From positions 9,424,001-9,488,000 of the forward strand of contig NC_042998.1 in NCBI RefSeq assembly GCF_006345805.1: a stretch of DNA of 64,000 bases. Reading direction: 5' to 3'. The stretch comes from Octopus sinensis. Taxonomy: Eukaryota. The position numbers and the translations under genes were made by a program. The notes beneath the pieces were generated by a model that did no database searches, had not been told where the DNA came from, and was given only the letters and a program-made list of their open reading frames with translations. Below are positions 1 through 13,604 of the stretch, piece by piece (the first letter of the stretch is position 1; every line of letters starts with the position of its first letter).

Positions 1-233
1 GCGAGCTGGCAGAAACGTTAGCACGCCGGCCGAAATGCATAGCCGTATTTCGTCTGCCATTACGTTCTGAGTTCAAATTCTGCCGAGGTCGACTTTGCCT
101 TTCATCCTTTCGGGGTCGATTAAATAAGTACCAGTTATGCACTGGGGTCGATATAATCGACTTAATCCATTTGTCTGTCCTTGTTTGTCCTCTCTGTGTT
201 TAGCCCCTTGTGGGTAGTAAAGAAATAGGTATT
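1..233 (+). mobile_element. tRNA-derived SINE, family C (Nin/Deu-like central domain)
   Basis: GAGCTGGCAGAA A-box-like and GAGTTCAAATTC B-box-like head; core GACTTTGCCTTTCATCCTTTCGGGGTCGATTAAATAAGTACCAG resembles the Nin/Deu domain; five related copies in the window. Confidence 0.8.
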
Positions 234-1075
234 GGTTTAAAGTTTGAAGCAGCTTCTGGGAGTATTACATTGGAAGGGTTCAGGCTAATAGAGAATTGAG
301 GAGTTAATAAGTTTGTAAATTGAGTTGACCTATGTGGAAAAGGTATTTCTATAACGGTAAAAGCACAAGTTATTTATCATCTTTTAGCTTTAGAGTATAC
401 AAAAGAGAGAGAATTGTAATAACCAATCCATGGTTAAGTTGACAACTTCAGCCAAATCAATGAAATTTATTTAAAATAATAAAAAAAATTTTTTTTTTCT
501 ATCTACTGTAAATTAAAAAGTAACAATTATTTTGAAAATGCAAATCTTGTATATTTGTTTATTTACTGCCCGTTTTTATTCTTTCAAATAAATAGTGGCT
601 ACACTTGAAATCTAAATCATTCCTAACTAACTTGAATGCTAAATGGTTTTAATATACCTATATAGAGAGCTTTATTGCAGTCTTGCTAGTAGACATTTAC
701 ATATGTGTTTGTATGTGTGTGAGAGAGAGAGTAGTGGAGAGAGAGGTATTTATTTCACAGCTGCAGAAGCAAATCTAATATTGTGAATTGAATTAGTTGC
801 TTGAAATCAAATTTATTCTTGAATGAAGTTTGGATATATTATCAGATATAATTCTACTCAGCTCCGAGGCAAGAAATGTGCATATGTTATGTATATGATG
901 TACATAGAGTTAGTTTTGTACCTTGGTTTTTAATTTGATACCAGTGGTTTTAATGGTCATGACATTTTAAAAAAACTTTTAGGTCTAAATGAAAATATCT
1001 ATAACTGGATTTAAATGTGATATGGTTTGTAAAATTACTCGAAAAAAAAAACAGTAGGATTGGTTGAGTGTTTAA

Positions 1076-1296
1076 CCCTTTAGCATTTAAACCGGCCATA
1101 TCCAGCCAAAAGTATCTGTCTGTTTTATGTGCAAACTGGCCAGATCTGGTCTCTCACACCAGCCCTGCAATATCATTTTAAAAATTAACAGCTTCCTCAT
1201 CAAAATCTCATTGCTACAAGATAATGCATGATTAGTTTCAAAACAGTGTGGATGAAAAAGCATAAATTTTGGCAGAATAATGTGAACACTAAAGGG
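1076..1296. mobile_element. piggyBac-like MITE, family M1
   Basis: TTAA|CCCTTTAG...CTAAAGGG|TTAA (TTAA TSD, CCC/GGG termini); related copies at 20295, 31724, 34375. Confidence 0.8.
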
Positions 1297-1449
1297 TTAA
1301 GATGTTGAATTACATAACAGTCAGGAAGTTAGAACTTGCAACAGACCTAGTGTTATTTTTGAGCAGTGATTGCATTTGTCAGTTTTATTTATTTATTTCA
1401 TTTATGAACAATGACTTATTAAAATGAAATTAAATAGCTAGCATGAAGT

Positions 1450-1662
1450 GCTGGCACCAAGTAAAATGTATCCATGCTGGTACCACATAAAAAGCACCCT
1501 GTACACTCTGTAAAGTATTTGGTGTTAGGAAGGGCATCCAGCCATAGAAACTATCAAAATAGACAATTGATGCTGGGTGCAGTTCTCCAGCCTGCCAGCT
1601 CCTGTCATACTGTCCATCCCGTACCAGTATGGAAAACAGACATTAGATGATGATGATGATGA
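1450..1662 (+). mobile_element. Diverged family D element (GAT-tailed retroelement 3' end)
   Basis: GGTGTTAGGAAGGGCATCCAGCCATAGAAA core and (GAT)n tail. Confidence 0.7.
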
Positions 1663-1696
1663 AGTAAATACTTATTAAATTTAGACATTTTCTTTA

Positions 1697-1973
1697 AGCA
1701 CCATCCATTCGTGGCCGTTGCCAGCCTCGCCTGGCCCCCGTGTCAGTGGCACGTAAAAAGCACCATCCGATCGTGGCCGTTTGCCAGCCTCGTCTGGCAC
1801 GTAAAAAGCACCCACTACACTCATGGAGTGGTTGGCGTTAGGAAGGGCATCCAGCCGTAGAAACATTGCCAGATCAGACTGGGCCTGGTGCAGCCTTCTG
1901 GCTTCCCAGACTCCAGTTGAACCGTCCAACCCATGCTAGCATGGAAAGCGGACGCTAAACGATGATGATGATG
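1697..1973 (+). mobile_element. Family D element (5'-truncated, GAT tail, probably RTE-mobilised)
   Basis: GGCACGTAAAAAGCAC subrepeats, GGCGTTAGGAAGGGCATCCAGCCGTAGAAA core, CCAACCCATGCTAGCATGGAAAGCGGACGCTAAAC(GAT)n end; many copies in the window. Confidence 0.88.
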
Positions 1974-2068
1974 AAGTGCAAACTAAGTTTATGACAGTTA
2001 TGACTCTTATATCTTATCAACTGCAAGAGATGAAATGTCACATAAATTTGTTCTCGGTTTATTTGTAG

Positions 2069-2247
2069 TACATGCAGCTATCATTGCTATAAATGATGCC
2101 ATTGATCGCAAAGATGCGCCAGAGACGATGAAAGCTCTACAAAATCCAGCCGCTATGCTGGTTAATTGTCAAATGGATTTTGCTGAAACTTACCAAACAG
2201 AATTATGGGAAGCTAAGCAAACAAAAGCTGAAAATTCAAGAAATAAG
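2069..2247 (+). CDS. IQGAP1: IQGAP exon 1 of window (IQGAP repeat)
   Basis: atttgtag|TA CAT GCA...AAT AAG|gtaaag; HAAIIAINDAIDRKDAPETMKALQNPAAMLVNCQMDFAETYQTELWEAKQTKAENSRNK; phase 1 to 0. Confidence 0.95.
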
Positions 2248-5200
2248 GTAAAGCATTTTGTAATCTATACCCAATTTGAATATCTGCCTCCTTTTATTTT
2301 CAGTCCTGTCTTCTAAATTAACTGTTAGAAATTTGGAAGATTTTTGTATTTTTAAAAATTTTATTCTCTCCATGATTTCTTTATAAATGTTGCACTAAAT
2401 ATTACTACTTACAATTATTTCATATTGAAATGGAATTTTTAGACTAGTCGTGGGCAGCCTGTGGCCCACAGAGCTTTCTGAATGACATGCCTAAGGAAAA
2501 TTACCCTCAGTTTTTAAAATTTTTTTGTGAGGAGTAGAGCCCACCTGATAATGAGTCATCTATCATATGGCACCTGCATCTCAAAAAAGGTTGTCCATGC
2601 CAGCTTTAAGACAATAAATGTTGTAAGGTTCAAAGCTTTGAAGTAATTGACTGAAAACAAGTTTAATTTTTAGAACAGACAACTGTTGTAATAACTGTTA
2701 ATCTAACGAGAGATTCAGAAATACTTTAACTATTTTCTCACGACAAGCAAAATATGTCAGTTTGTTAATTGCAACTTGTTAATATTCACTTGCAGTCTTA
2801 CCATTTATATTTAGATTACATTTCAAAATTATCATAAAACAAGTATATTAATGGGATATAGTTTTTAATTATATCTGAATAGTAAACATGCACAGTGAGT
2901 TTTTTTTTTTTTCACTTTTATTGGGCAACTAATGAATCACTTAACCAATTAACTAATTGCTTGATTAATCGTTCACTCAATCAATGAGCAAGGTTCATCA
3001 GTCCTTTCATTGCCATTCATGGTCTCATTAATGACATTCCCTCTCTATTCTAGATTTGTCTGTCTCTTAGTTTACAGGTCCTATATATTTATAGGGATGT
3101 GTGTGAGAGAGAGAATGCAAGTATGAGGTGGTATCAAAAAGTACCTGAACTAGTTCTGTAGTGTGCCAACTGATGGCAGCACATGGTTGCATGCACAGTG
3201 AGAGCTAGCAGTGACCTTCATAGGGCAGTGTGCCGAGTGACATCGCTGTGATTACTTTGCAAGTTAGGAAATTTGTGATCACATTTATGCTGTAGCCTGC
3301 AGTTTTTGTTATGGACAGGAAGTTGGAACATAGAACAAATATATAATTTAGTACTAAACTTGGAAAGTCTGCTACAGAGACATTGAGTATACTTTAGCAA
3401 GTTTATGTCAGCAAGGCAAGGGGTCATACACAATGTTCCGGGTGGCATGGGCACTTCAAAAGTGGAAGTGTGTGTCTGGAAGATGAGTGATCCGGAAGAC
3501 CTGTCACAAGCATGACCCTCAGAAATGTGAAGAAAATTCATCAGCTTGTAGGAGTATCATTGGAGGACAATCAATGACATTTTGAAGTGTTTAAGGAAGA
3601 ACATTCGGCAAAAGTGACCGAATCTGTGGTGTGCAAAGAATTGAATTCTTCACAACAACAATGCACCCTGTCACTAAGCTTTCTTCACTCGTCAGTTTCT
3701 CACCAAAAACTTGGTATTGCTTCCGCACCTGCTATTCACCAGATTTAGCACCTGAGAACTTTGATCTCTTTCCCAAGATGAAAACGCAGCTCAGAAGTTG
3801 CTGTTCTAACACCATTGTTGAGATCAAGAGTGAATCACAGGTCCTCAACTCGCTTACAAAAAACAACCTCGTGGCAGGATTCCAGAAGTGGCAGAAATGC
3901 TGGGACTGGTGTATTGCTGCACAAGGTGACTATTTCAAAGGAGATGATGTTAAAACTTAAGTTTATAACTTTTTGGATTTGGTTTGCAAGATTCTTTTTA
4001 TGAGTTCGTGTGTTGAAGCATATTCTGTTGTCTGGGGAGAGTCATTCTCTTTTAGTGCCTTATTATTTAACACACTCACCGATAAAATTTCCACTTATCT
4101 CTTATTTTTATTTTCTAAAATTTTAGAAAATAAAAATAAGAGATAAGTGGAAATTTTACCGGTGAGTGTGTTAAATAATAAGGCACTAAAAGAGAATGAC
4201 TCTCCCCAGACACAACAGATTAAGTTTATAAGTTATTTTTTATTAAACATAAATAGTCCAGGAACTTTTTGATACCAACTGTTATGCGTACAGTATGGAT
4301 TGAAGTAAACAATTTTGAATGAGTTTTTTTTTGTAAATTAGTTGTCTGTGCAATGCAAATTGTTTTTCATGCAGATGGCATGTTTAGGTTATCCTGGAAA
4401 CAATTCTATTTTCTTATACCAACTAGTATGCAATCATATATTTGATGATTTTTATATGCTTTGACAAATATTGCAAAATCTATACATTGTTAATGAGGTC
4501 ATAAGACTCAAACATGTTTGGATTGTCTTTTGTGTTATCTGAAATAATTAAGCTATTTTACTAACAATTTTTTTTTTTTTTACTTATTATTTGTAGTTAG
4601 CATTTTTTTAATGAAATATGTTAATATTAACTACGTAATTGTATCCAGTGATAAAAGCATAGCAGCAACAACAATCACTAATAATTGTTATTACAGTCGC
4701 TGCCAACATTATTAATGTTCTGTTTTAAAGATGGGGAGTAGTTGATTGCGCATATGACTGGAAGCCAGACATTGTAAATGCTTGTTTGGCTGTTATTCGT
4801 GTATAAAATCTGAAATGAAACTCGCTATAGATAAAAAAAAAAAATTCTCAAATAGTCTTTAAAAAAATGACTGAAAATAATAACAGAACAAAGAAAACAT
4901 GTAATGATATGATGCTTCAGTGAATTAATTGCTTTTAGCTGACATTGGTGTTGGTGCAAGCATGGCTGTGTGGTAGGAAGTTTGCTTCCCAACCACATGG
5001 TTCTGGGTTCAATCCCACTGCGTGGCACCTTGGGCAAATATCTTCTACTATAGCCTAGGACTGACCAAAGCCTTGTGAGTGGATTTTGTAGACAGAAACT
5101 AGCTTATCAAATACGTTTGTCCACCACTACCACTTGACAACTGGTGTTGGTGTGTTTATGTCCCTTGTACTTAGCAGTTCAGCTAAAGGGACTAATAGAA

Positions 5201-8200
5201 TTAGTACCAGGCTTTAAAAAAATAATTACAGGGGTTGATTCATTCAACTAAAATTCTTCAAGCTGGTGCCCTAGCATGGCCACGGTCTAATGACTGAAAC
5301 AGATAAGTAATAATAAGGGAGAAATAACATTTAGTATAGTAGTGGGAAAAATCATTGGTGTGGATGCTGGTGCCACATGAAAAGCACTGGTGATGGTACC
5401 ATGTAAAAAGCATCCAATGCACTCTGTAAAGTGGTTGGTATTAGCAAGGGCATCAAGCTGTAGAAACCAAGCCAAAACAGGCTATGGAACCTTGTGCAGG
5501 CCCCTGGCCTTGCCAGTACCTGTCAAGCCATCCAACCTATGCCAGCATGGAAAACATTAAATGTAGAAAATAATGGTATACTGAAATTTTTTTTAATATT
5601 CAATATTGCATTCAATAATGGAATTTAGATGTACAGTAATGTTATTGACAGGATTTATGATCGTAAGCCTCAGAAGAATCCTTCTGATATAAATGAAACA
5701 GCTTTAAGATCTCTGAATGCTTGTGGGTGTAATTGTGCCATTTTGCTTTCAACCCACAATACTTTAAACTGGATTTGTAATTGTAGTTTTGCTTCTTTGA
5801 CAAATAAAAAATTTTGTTTCTAACATGCAGATTGCTAACTAAACTGAAAGTTCAAATGAGATACCTTTTGTTTTTATTTATTTAATTACTTTCAAATCAT
5901 GACAAATGTATCTTGCTGTAAAAATTTAAGTGCAGAAATGTTTACAGTGAGAATTACTGCTGCAAAAATTGTAGTAGTAGTAGTAGTAGTAGTATTTATG
6001 GTGAAAATAAATAGATTAAATTTTCCTATGGTAAAACTACTTGCTATGAAAGTTAATAACCAGTTCTCATTTAAAATAAATAGGTTAACAACCCATTAAT
6101 ACAGACCAATGCAAACTAGCTCCATCTCAGATCTGCCTATACTATCCTAATATAATGATTAAATATTACTATGATAGGAATAACCTCATTGTGAGGGACA
6201 GGCATAACTCAATGATATTATCATGCTAAAGGCAAAAATACAAGATGATGTTCCCGACCTTAAGTTCAGGTTGGGATATAATGATTGAAATTATGTAGGA
6301 TAGATCAGCATGTATTGCATCACATCCACTACACCCATTGAACCTAATATTGGTGAAAGTGTCACGCTATGCTTTATGCTTCACCATAGTTCTTTGGTAT
6401 TTTATGCTTCTTCTACATTGCTCTTGAAAATATGTGGAAAATTTTGTATTTGAATATTTAACATACCAAATTATAAAGAGTACTTGTAATGTTTTTGTGA
6501 TATCAATAGGGTACAAATGGCAACTTCACTCCTTTCTCTTCTCAATGCACAAGGAATGTTGGAGTCGGAACCATGAATACACTCATCCTGACCTTAAATT
6601 CCTTTACTTCATCCTTCACAAAACCATTTGGATGTCATTCCCATCTTTTAATTTCCCAACAGTCCAACCAGAATGCTGAATCTCACTGTACAGTACACTA
6701 TACATTAATCTGTTTTATTGTGTGAACTGAATAAAATATATGAGCCTGATTATAATAAATAGAAAATTTAAAGGACAGCTAATAATAGTCTCCATAAGGA
6801 GACATTGACCATACATAAAACCTGGCAATAGAGTAATGGGTGTATATGTATCATTTTCATCACTTATTGGCTCTAGAAATAGACAACTGCTTTGTAAAAT
6901 TAGAGTAATAAAGGTTGTCGCACAATTGACAATGCAATTGGAAATGAAGCTAATTAGTATATTCATCAATAGGAAATTTATATAGACAAAGGTGACAGTG
7001 ACTAATGTGCTTAATATTATATTTTGAGGACACGAACATAAGTTGAGCAGATGGGATGATAATGCTAACAATTATGTGATTAATTTCAATGGGTTTGATA
7101 CTTATAATTAATCTGTATATGTTTAAAAGCTTGATTATAGAAATTTTATTCATTGTTTGTAAATATTTTTAAGATTAAGGTGTTTTGCTTTCAATCTCTT
7201 CTATAACCCCAAGTCACCTTTCACTGACGACTTGTAATCAAAGGCATTCCAGTCTTGACCAGCCCATCATTTTTGCATTGTTCAATGTATTCTTCATTTA
7301 AGATGATATGATGTGTAGGAGAGTTGGCTGCTATTTCTAGAAGGTTGAGCAACTACATAGAGACTTCTTCACTGGCTCATTTAAATCTCTTAAATCCAAC
7401 TAGCAGATGCACAGTTCTTTTGAAATCACTTTTACTATTGAAATGGTGTAATAGATATACTACTGGACGGTCTCTGTTACTTCCACAACCGACATAGTGC
7501 TGAAGGTCGTTGTAGTAAAATTATTGTAGCTTGGCTAAACAGCATGTTCTCCTTCTCCTGACATGTTTAAGAAGTGATGCTGCATAGCAGAGAGACATTA
7601 CTATTCAGTGTGGAACATATGTCAGCATTGTAACTTGCATAAAAGTGAGTTGAAAAAGTGGTTGTGCATTAAAGGTGACAGCTGATATGTGCAATAGAAA
7701 TGACTCAGCCGGGACATGTGTGAATGGATAATAAATACTGGGTGGAAAAGCGCTTTGTATTGATTAGTTGACGGTGCCTTTAAGAGAAATTGGTGTAGAT
7801 ATTAACAAGTGATAATGTGCTGCACAGCAGGCCTAACCAACCTGGAAAGTTTGTTTTTTTTCTTCAGTTTTTTTTTTTATTCAAATGTCGGTGGCACGTA
7901 AAAAGCACCATCCATCCATGGCCGTTTGCGAGCTCCGTCTGGCACCTGTGCTGGTGGCACGTAAAAAGCGCCCACTACACTCACGGCGTGGTTGGCATTA
8001 GGAAGGGCATCCAGCCATAGAAACACTGCCAGATCAGACTGGGCCTGGTGCAGCCTCCTGGCTTCCCAGACCCCAGTAGAACCGTCCAACCCATGCTAGC
8101 ATGGAAAGCGGACGCTAAATGATGATGATGATGATGATGATGTATGTGCAACATCCATGTTCTTTGTAGGCTTAAACATTTCTATTTAAATCAGTAGTAT

Positions 8201-9673
8201 TGGTCAGCTTTGTAAACCTTGACCGATCTTGCATGGGCATAGAAAAGGTATCTAACTCCTTTAAATGGCCATGGTAAGACTTTTGCTCAGCTCTGCAAGT
8301 GAATCATACACTCAGGATATTTACCAGGGCTTGTACTGATGACATGTAACCTGTTTACAGCCAAGTGCACTGAGTCATTTAGCAATGTCAGAATGTAGAC
8401 CATTGATAATTTTGACCAGTAAACCAAAACTGAGTTAGGTCCTGTGGTTCCTACCGTTTGCACATTTTAACCTCAGGTCACCCCTGATTGAGCAGATCTT
8501 ATGATCTGGCATTCTAGCCATGGCCATTTTGTTTTTGCTTTTTAAGACATGGCTTAGAGTGTAATTTAAAGATTTAACTTTCTTGCAAGCCAAGTGACTA
8601 ACAGAGGCTCTTAATGGCTTAAAATTCAGTGCTTTATTTAACAAGATAGTTTTTATTGGAATGTTAATAGATATTTTTCATCAAGCATTAAGAATCACCA
8701 TTATCTCTACTTCCAGTGCTGGCATTGGATTGGAGGGGGTGGTCACAGTCCAAGCCAGTTTTAATTTCAAGTTACTTGTCTCCTAGATGGTTCTATAGCT
8801 GGATACCAACAATTTTACAATGTGTGCCGAGTCTGGGTGTATTTTATCAGAACTCCAGCACTGTGAGTTGTCCTTACCATTTGCAAAACTAATCAGTCCT
8901 CGCTATTCCACATTGCTCTTTTTGTACAATCCATGATCAAAAAGGTTATTGTTTAGATTGCTTGCCAAAAGAGAGGGAAAAGATTAAAAAAAAAACATTC
9001 TCAATAAGTTACATTCCTGGAACTCAGCATGGCCAAGTAGTGCCCCAGCATGGCCACAGTCCTATTACTGAAACAAGTTAGAGTAAACTATTGTAATTTT
9101 TGAAGTTTTACCTTTTGTAAAATCTAAGCAACAAGCTTCTAAGAATTTTCAAACATTGTTTTGTCTTAATTTTTTCATGAGTCAGGCACTAGAAATATAT
9201 TTTTACAAAAACAAGCATGTGACGAAGATAAGGAAATTTAGGTTATACAATCATTACGGTGACAAAATCACTGCCATTAACAGGCTACTTTCCCGTTAAA
9301 TGTGTTGGGTTGTGGGGTGCACTAAATTCTTTAGTTTAATTTTGTCTTGTCTGCTTTCTAAATTTAGATTCTGCCATTGTCGCATATCTGTTTCAGTCTC
9401 AGCTTTCAATAAATTAAATGCCAGTTATATTCTAGGGTTTATTTACCCATCCACTACAACTATTAGCCTTGTGAGTAACTATAGAAGCCTTGTTGAATTT
9501 GTGAAAATAGAATTTCTTTTTTACGTAACATGACTTCAGAAAATATTGCGTGTGTGGACATATATATTCAACTTTGATATTATTCTTATTAGTCTTTAAA
9601 AATTTTTTTAAATTGAAGAAAACAGACAGTTGGTTTTTGAGATAGTTAAAACAGTAGAATCTTCTAAATGCAT

Positions 9674-9711
<38 letters not shown>

Positions 9712-12700
9712 GCAGGTGGTTGTTTGCTACTGTCATCAAAAGAAAGTAGGTCACTTACGTAGATGTGTTGGTTAACTTGTTTTCTCTTTTAAAATTACTG
9801 TTATTTAATGTAACTTGAAAGGGAGTGTGAATATTGCTTGACATGATGGTTGCTAATAATTATTCAATTTTGTATTTTGGTTAAAACAATGGTTTGATAA
9901 GAAATGGAGTTTTACTTTGTGAGTGTGTATGTTCATGAAAGTAAATGTCACAGAACTTAGTAGGTACTTAACAGATAGATTAACTATTTTACTACAGAAA
10001 TCAGATACATACACTAGTATGGCTAAGGGGGAGGGGCAGAGGGAGCAGGTCCCCACTTCGTGGGTGACACTTTAATGGGGGTGGCACAACCTTTGAGTCT
10101 ACTGTATATGTATTTTTTGTGGGGGCCCAAGGGCATCAAATTGAAGGGCTGCCCCAGGTGGCACACACTCTAGCTATGCTAGTGGATATATCCGCTTAAA
10201 ATTTCTTTACCCTTAACTGTGAAAAGAAGTTTTATATACCCATCTCTCTTCTGTTGAAGAACGTCATGTTTGTAACTATTTTTATTGTCCAGTTTGAGAT
10301 AGTATCCTTGCGGAAAATATCCCTTTTATTTTTTGTTAGATATAAAACTACATTACTGGAATAGCCACAAAATTTTATTTCACAGTTAAAGGGTTAATGT
10401 TGTTGACATTAAAATGTCAACAAAATTAACCCTTTCCTGGTTAAAATGTCTTGTTAGCTGGTACTCTGCTTCATTTGTTGTGTTGAGGCAAAAAAAAAAA
10501 AAACAATAAACAGGAAAATTTCAATAAATAACTGATTTAATTTTTTTATTATTATTATTATCCTCATTGTTTTCTGATTTTGAATAACTTTTGTCTGTGT
10601 GTGATGCTGTTATATATAAATTGTTATTGTCTATAAATCATGTATTATTAATGATTTAAAATAACAACTTTAACTATTATTTATGGTATTCTAACAAAAT
10701 GAGACATTTCTCTTGCGGCTTCCCCCACCCAGCCAAAATTGTGATTTTTCACTGATTTTTTTTTTTTTTTTTAACCTCATGTCTTTATTTCTGTTCACTC
10801 AGTACATCAGCTTATCTCACTCTAACTGAAAATAAATATAGCATCCTCTTAATCATGCTTGCTTTGTGTAGAAAGAACTTAATCTAAAAATTTATTTGCA
10901 AGCAATTTAGAATATCTGGGGAAAAAAAATACTACTTAGGCCACTAGTGAAACTAAATTAGGTTATTGATTTAGTTTTCCTTTTATGCTTGATTTCCTGA
11001 GAGAGAATTTCAGCTTCTATTGTCAGTAGTAAGGACATCTGTTTATTTAAAAAAATGCTTTTGTTGCAAGTTTAGTCATCAAACCAACAGTGGTAAGTTT
11101 TGGGCTTAGATTTTGCAACCCTCTGCTATGTTCATACTTTACTAAGGTAATAAGAAATACAAATCATTTATTATCCACATGATTTGCACTTTTAATTATT
11201 TTAGTAAAGTGTGAAAAGAGTAATCCCGTTGTCTTTGAAATGTTATATTCTTATAAGAAATTATAAATCTTGCCAGCCTTGTCTGGCCCCCATGCCGGTG
11301 GCACGTAAAAAGCACCATCTGATTGTGGCCGGTTGCCAGCCTCGACTGGCACCTGTGCAGGTGGCACGTAAAAAGGACCCGCTACACTCACGGAGTGGTT
11401 GGCATTAGGAAGGGCATCCAACTGTAGAAACACTGCCAGATCAGACTGGGCCTGGTGCAGCCTTCTGGCTTCCCAGACCCCAGTTGAACCGTCCAACCCA
11501 TGCTAGCATGGAAAACGGATGTTAAACGATGATGATGATGATGATGAAATTCATATCATCAATTGCTAATAACCTAATGTGAAAAATAGAAATCATACTT
11601 GTCAAGAATTCTGAAGTCTCTGAAAAATGACAGGAATCTTGGTTAATGCAAGAACAACTTTGTGTTGTATTATATCCAAGTGATCTTTTATAATATATCT
11701 GTATTTTGATGATAAATCATTTGTTTAATTTGAAACTGTAAGTTTCCAAAAGCATCATCTTAATGAATGTCTATAGCTAATGGATGTCATTGTATACTTA
11801 ATTCAGGCTATATAAGCAGTGAAATATAATATACCCCGTTTTATAAAAGTAAATGTTTTGTAGAGTTTTGTTGCTGCATTGCTAATGTTTTAATTAATAT
11901 CTTTTAACGTTTACCGATGCAGCTATGTTTCTGTGAATTTGGAATTTTTTGCTTGAAATACTGTTTTCTGACATACAAGTCAATGTAGTATATAGTATAA
12001 ACATTCGAACATCATCACTATCTTTCCATATCCTGCTGCATTTCACATGGAATTTTTGGCCCTTCAGAGTGATCTTGGTGCCTGTCAATGTACCATCTTT
12101 GGCTGTGAATTTTGCTCTGAATAATTGAACTTGAATGCCAGAAAATATGGCACTTATTCAATATTGAAGTTATTCAAGCACTGGAATTCCTTCTATGACA
12201 TAGCAACCATTTGAATAATTACACTCCACTGTGAAGGTCTAAGACAACCAAAATACATCTAGTGTTGTCATCACGTCTGCTTAGGCTGAGAGACAATGAG
12301 AGTAGTTTAATATCTTTGTTTTTATTTAAGCACTTTTCAACAATGTATACCTTTCCATGATATAGGTATGATCTCAATTAATGTTATACTTGAAACATTA
12401 GATAATTGGTACTTACTTCACCAATGTAATTCACATTTGCTAGTAAAAGAACATAATTTCCACTTCTGCATCAACATTAATTTCGGAAATTAAGAAAATA
12501 CTATCTTTTTAGATGAGGTACATAGCAGTAACCATCATAACAGTTACATTAGTAAAATGTAATATGAAGATTCAATAGGCGCAGGAGTGGCTGTGTGGTA
12601 AGTAGCTTGCTTACCAACCACATGGTTCCGAGTTCAGTCCCACTACATGGCATCTTGGGCAAGTGTCTTCTGCTATAGCCTCGGGCCGACCAGAGCCTTG

Positions 12701-12748
12701 TGAGTAGATTTGGTTGATGGAAACTGAAAGAAGCCCGTCGTATATATG

Positions 12749-12781
<33 letters not shown>

Positions 12782-13558
12782 TTGTGTTTGTCCCCCTAGC
12801 ATTGCTTGACCACTGATGTTGGTGTGTTTACGTCCCCATCACTTAGCAGTTCGGCAAAAGAGACTGATAGAATAAGTACTGGGCTTACAAAGAATAAGTC
12901 CCGGGGTCGATTTGCTCGACTAAAGGTGGTGCTCCAGCATGGCCGCAGTCAAATGACTGAAACAAGTAAAAGAGTAAAAAGAGTAAGTAAAGTTTCTGGA
13001 TGAAGAATATTTCTATGCCTGAGAAGAGTAGGAAGTCCTCAGTCAAAATATAAAGGAAAGAGTTGTACAGCTGCAGATAAAGAACTAGTTCTTTGCTTAA
13101 TTTTCCCTCCTCTCCGTATGTAATGTAGCTGACTGGAATCGAAATATCATGGGAAATGTTAATAAATGCGACAATGCTGAAGGATGTATGCTTCTGATAA
13201 TTAGTTTAGCTCCATTCTACCATTTAGCTTCATATCATGTGTGGTTTAGACATGCTACGTTCAATTAGCTGCTGATGGATTAATGCATGATAATGCACAG
13301 TCGAGATCACTGCCAACTCAACTGTGTAATGTTTGAAAGATTTTATCATTGCTGCAAACCTATTCAGTTTCAAGCAAGATCCAGTTATTGCATTCTGAAT
13401 TTTTTATGAAGCCCATTCAAATAATGAATTTGTTTCCAATATCTGCCTAATCTGAAACTTCACATGAGATATAGCTCTGCTTATATTTTGTGTGTTTTAG
13501 GAATAATTTATTTTAATCTCAGCGTTGACTGACCACTCATTTTGATTCCATTATTATT

Positions 13559-13604
<46 letters not shown>

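Noticed and set aside
1681-1929. Recurrent MDGSTGVWEARRLHQAQSDL ORFs (also 7877, 11251, 23466) and MLGGQTQTH / MTTDAGVFTSP ORFs
   Set aside because: They are translations of family D and AB repeat copies, with stops and frameshifts that differ between copies; not genes
4375-4425. 51-nt open segment after a UGC-rich acceptor
   Set aside because: The donor (CTA|gtatgc) is modest and the peptide is unrecognisable; indistinguishable from chance without RNA data
5629-5823. ORF MYSNVIDRIYDRKPQKNPSD as a possible extra exon
   Set aside because: No donor gives a phase-0 end with good consensus; no IQGAP similarity
11071-11098. Strong GTAAGT donor with upstream UGC-containing acceptors
   Set aside because: Possible exon lengths (22, 17 or 2 nt) are not multiples of 3, and I found no partner exon that restores the frame convincingly
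12578-12660. tRNA gene calls at SINE heads (also 51458)
   Set aside because: A and B boxes are present, but the heads continue into SINE bodies and I could not fold a complete cloverleaf
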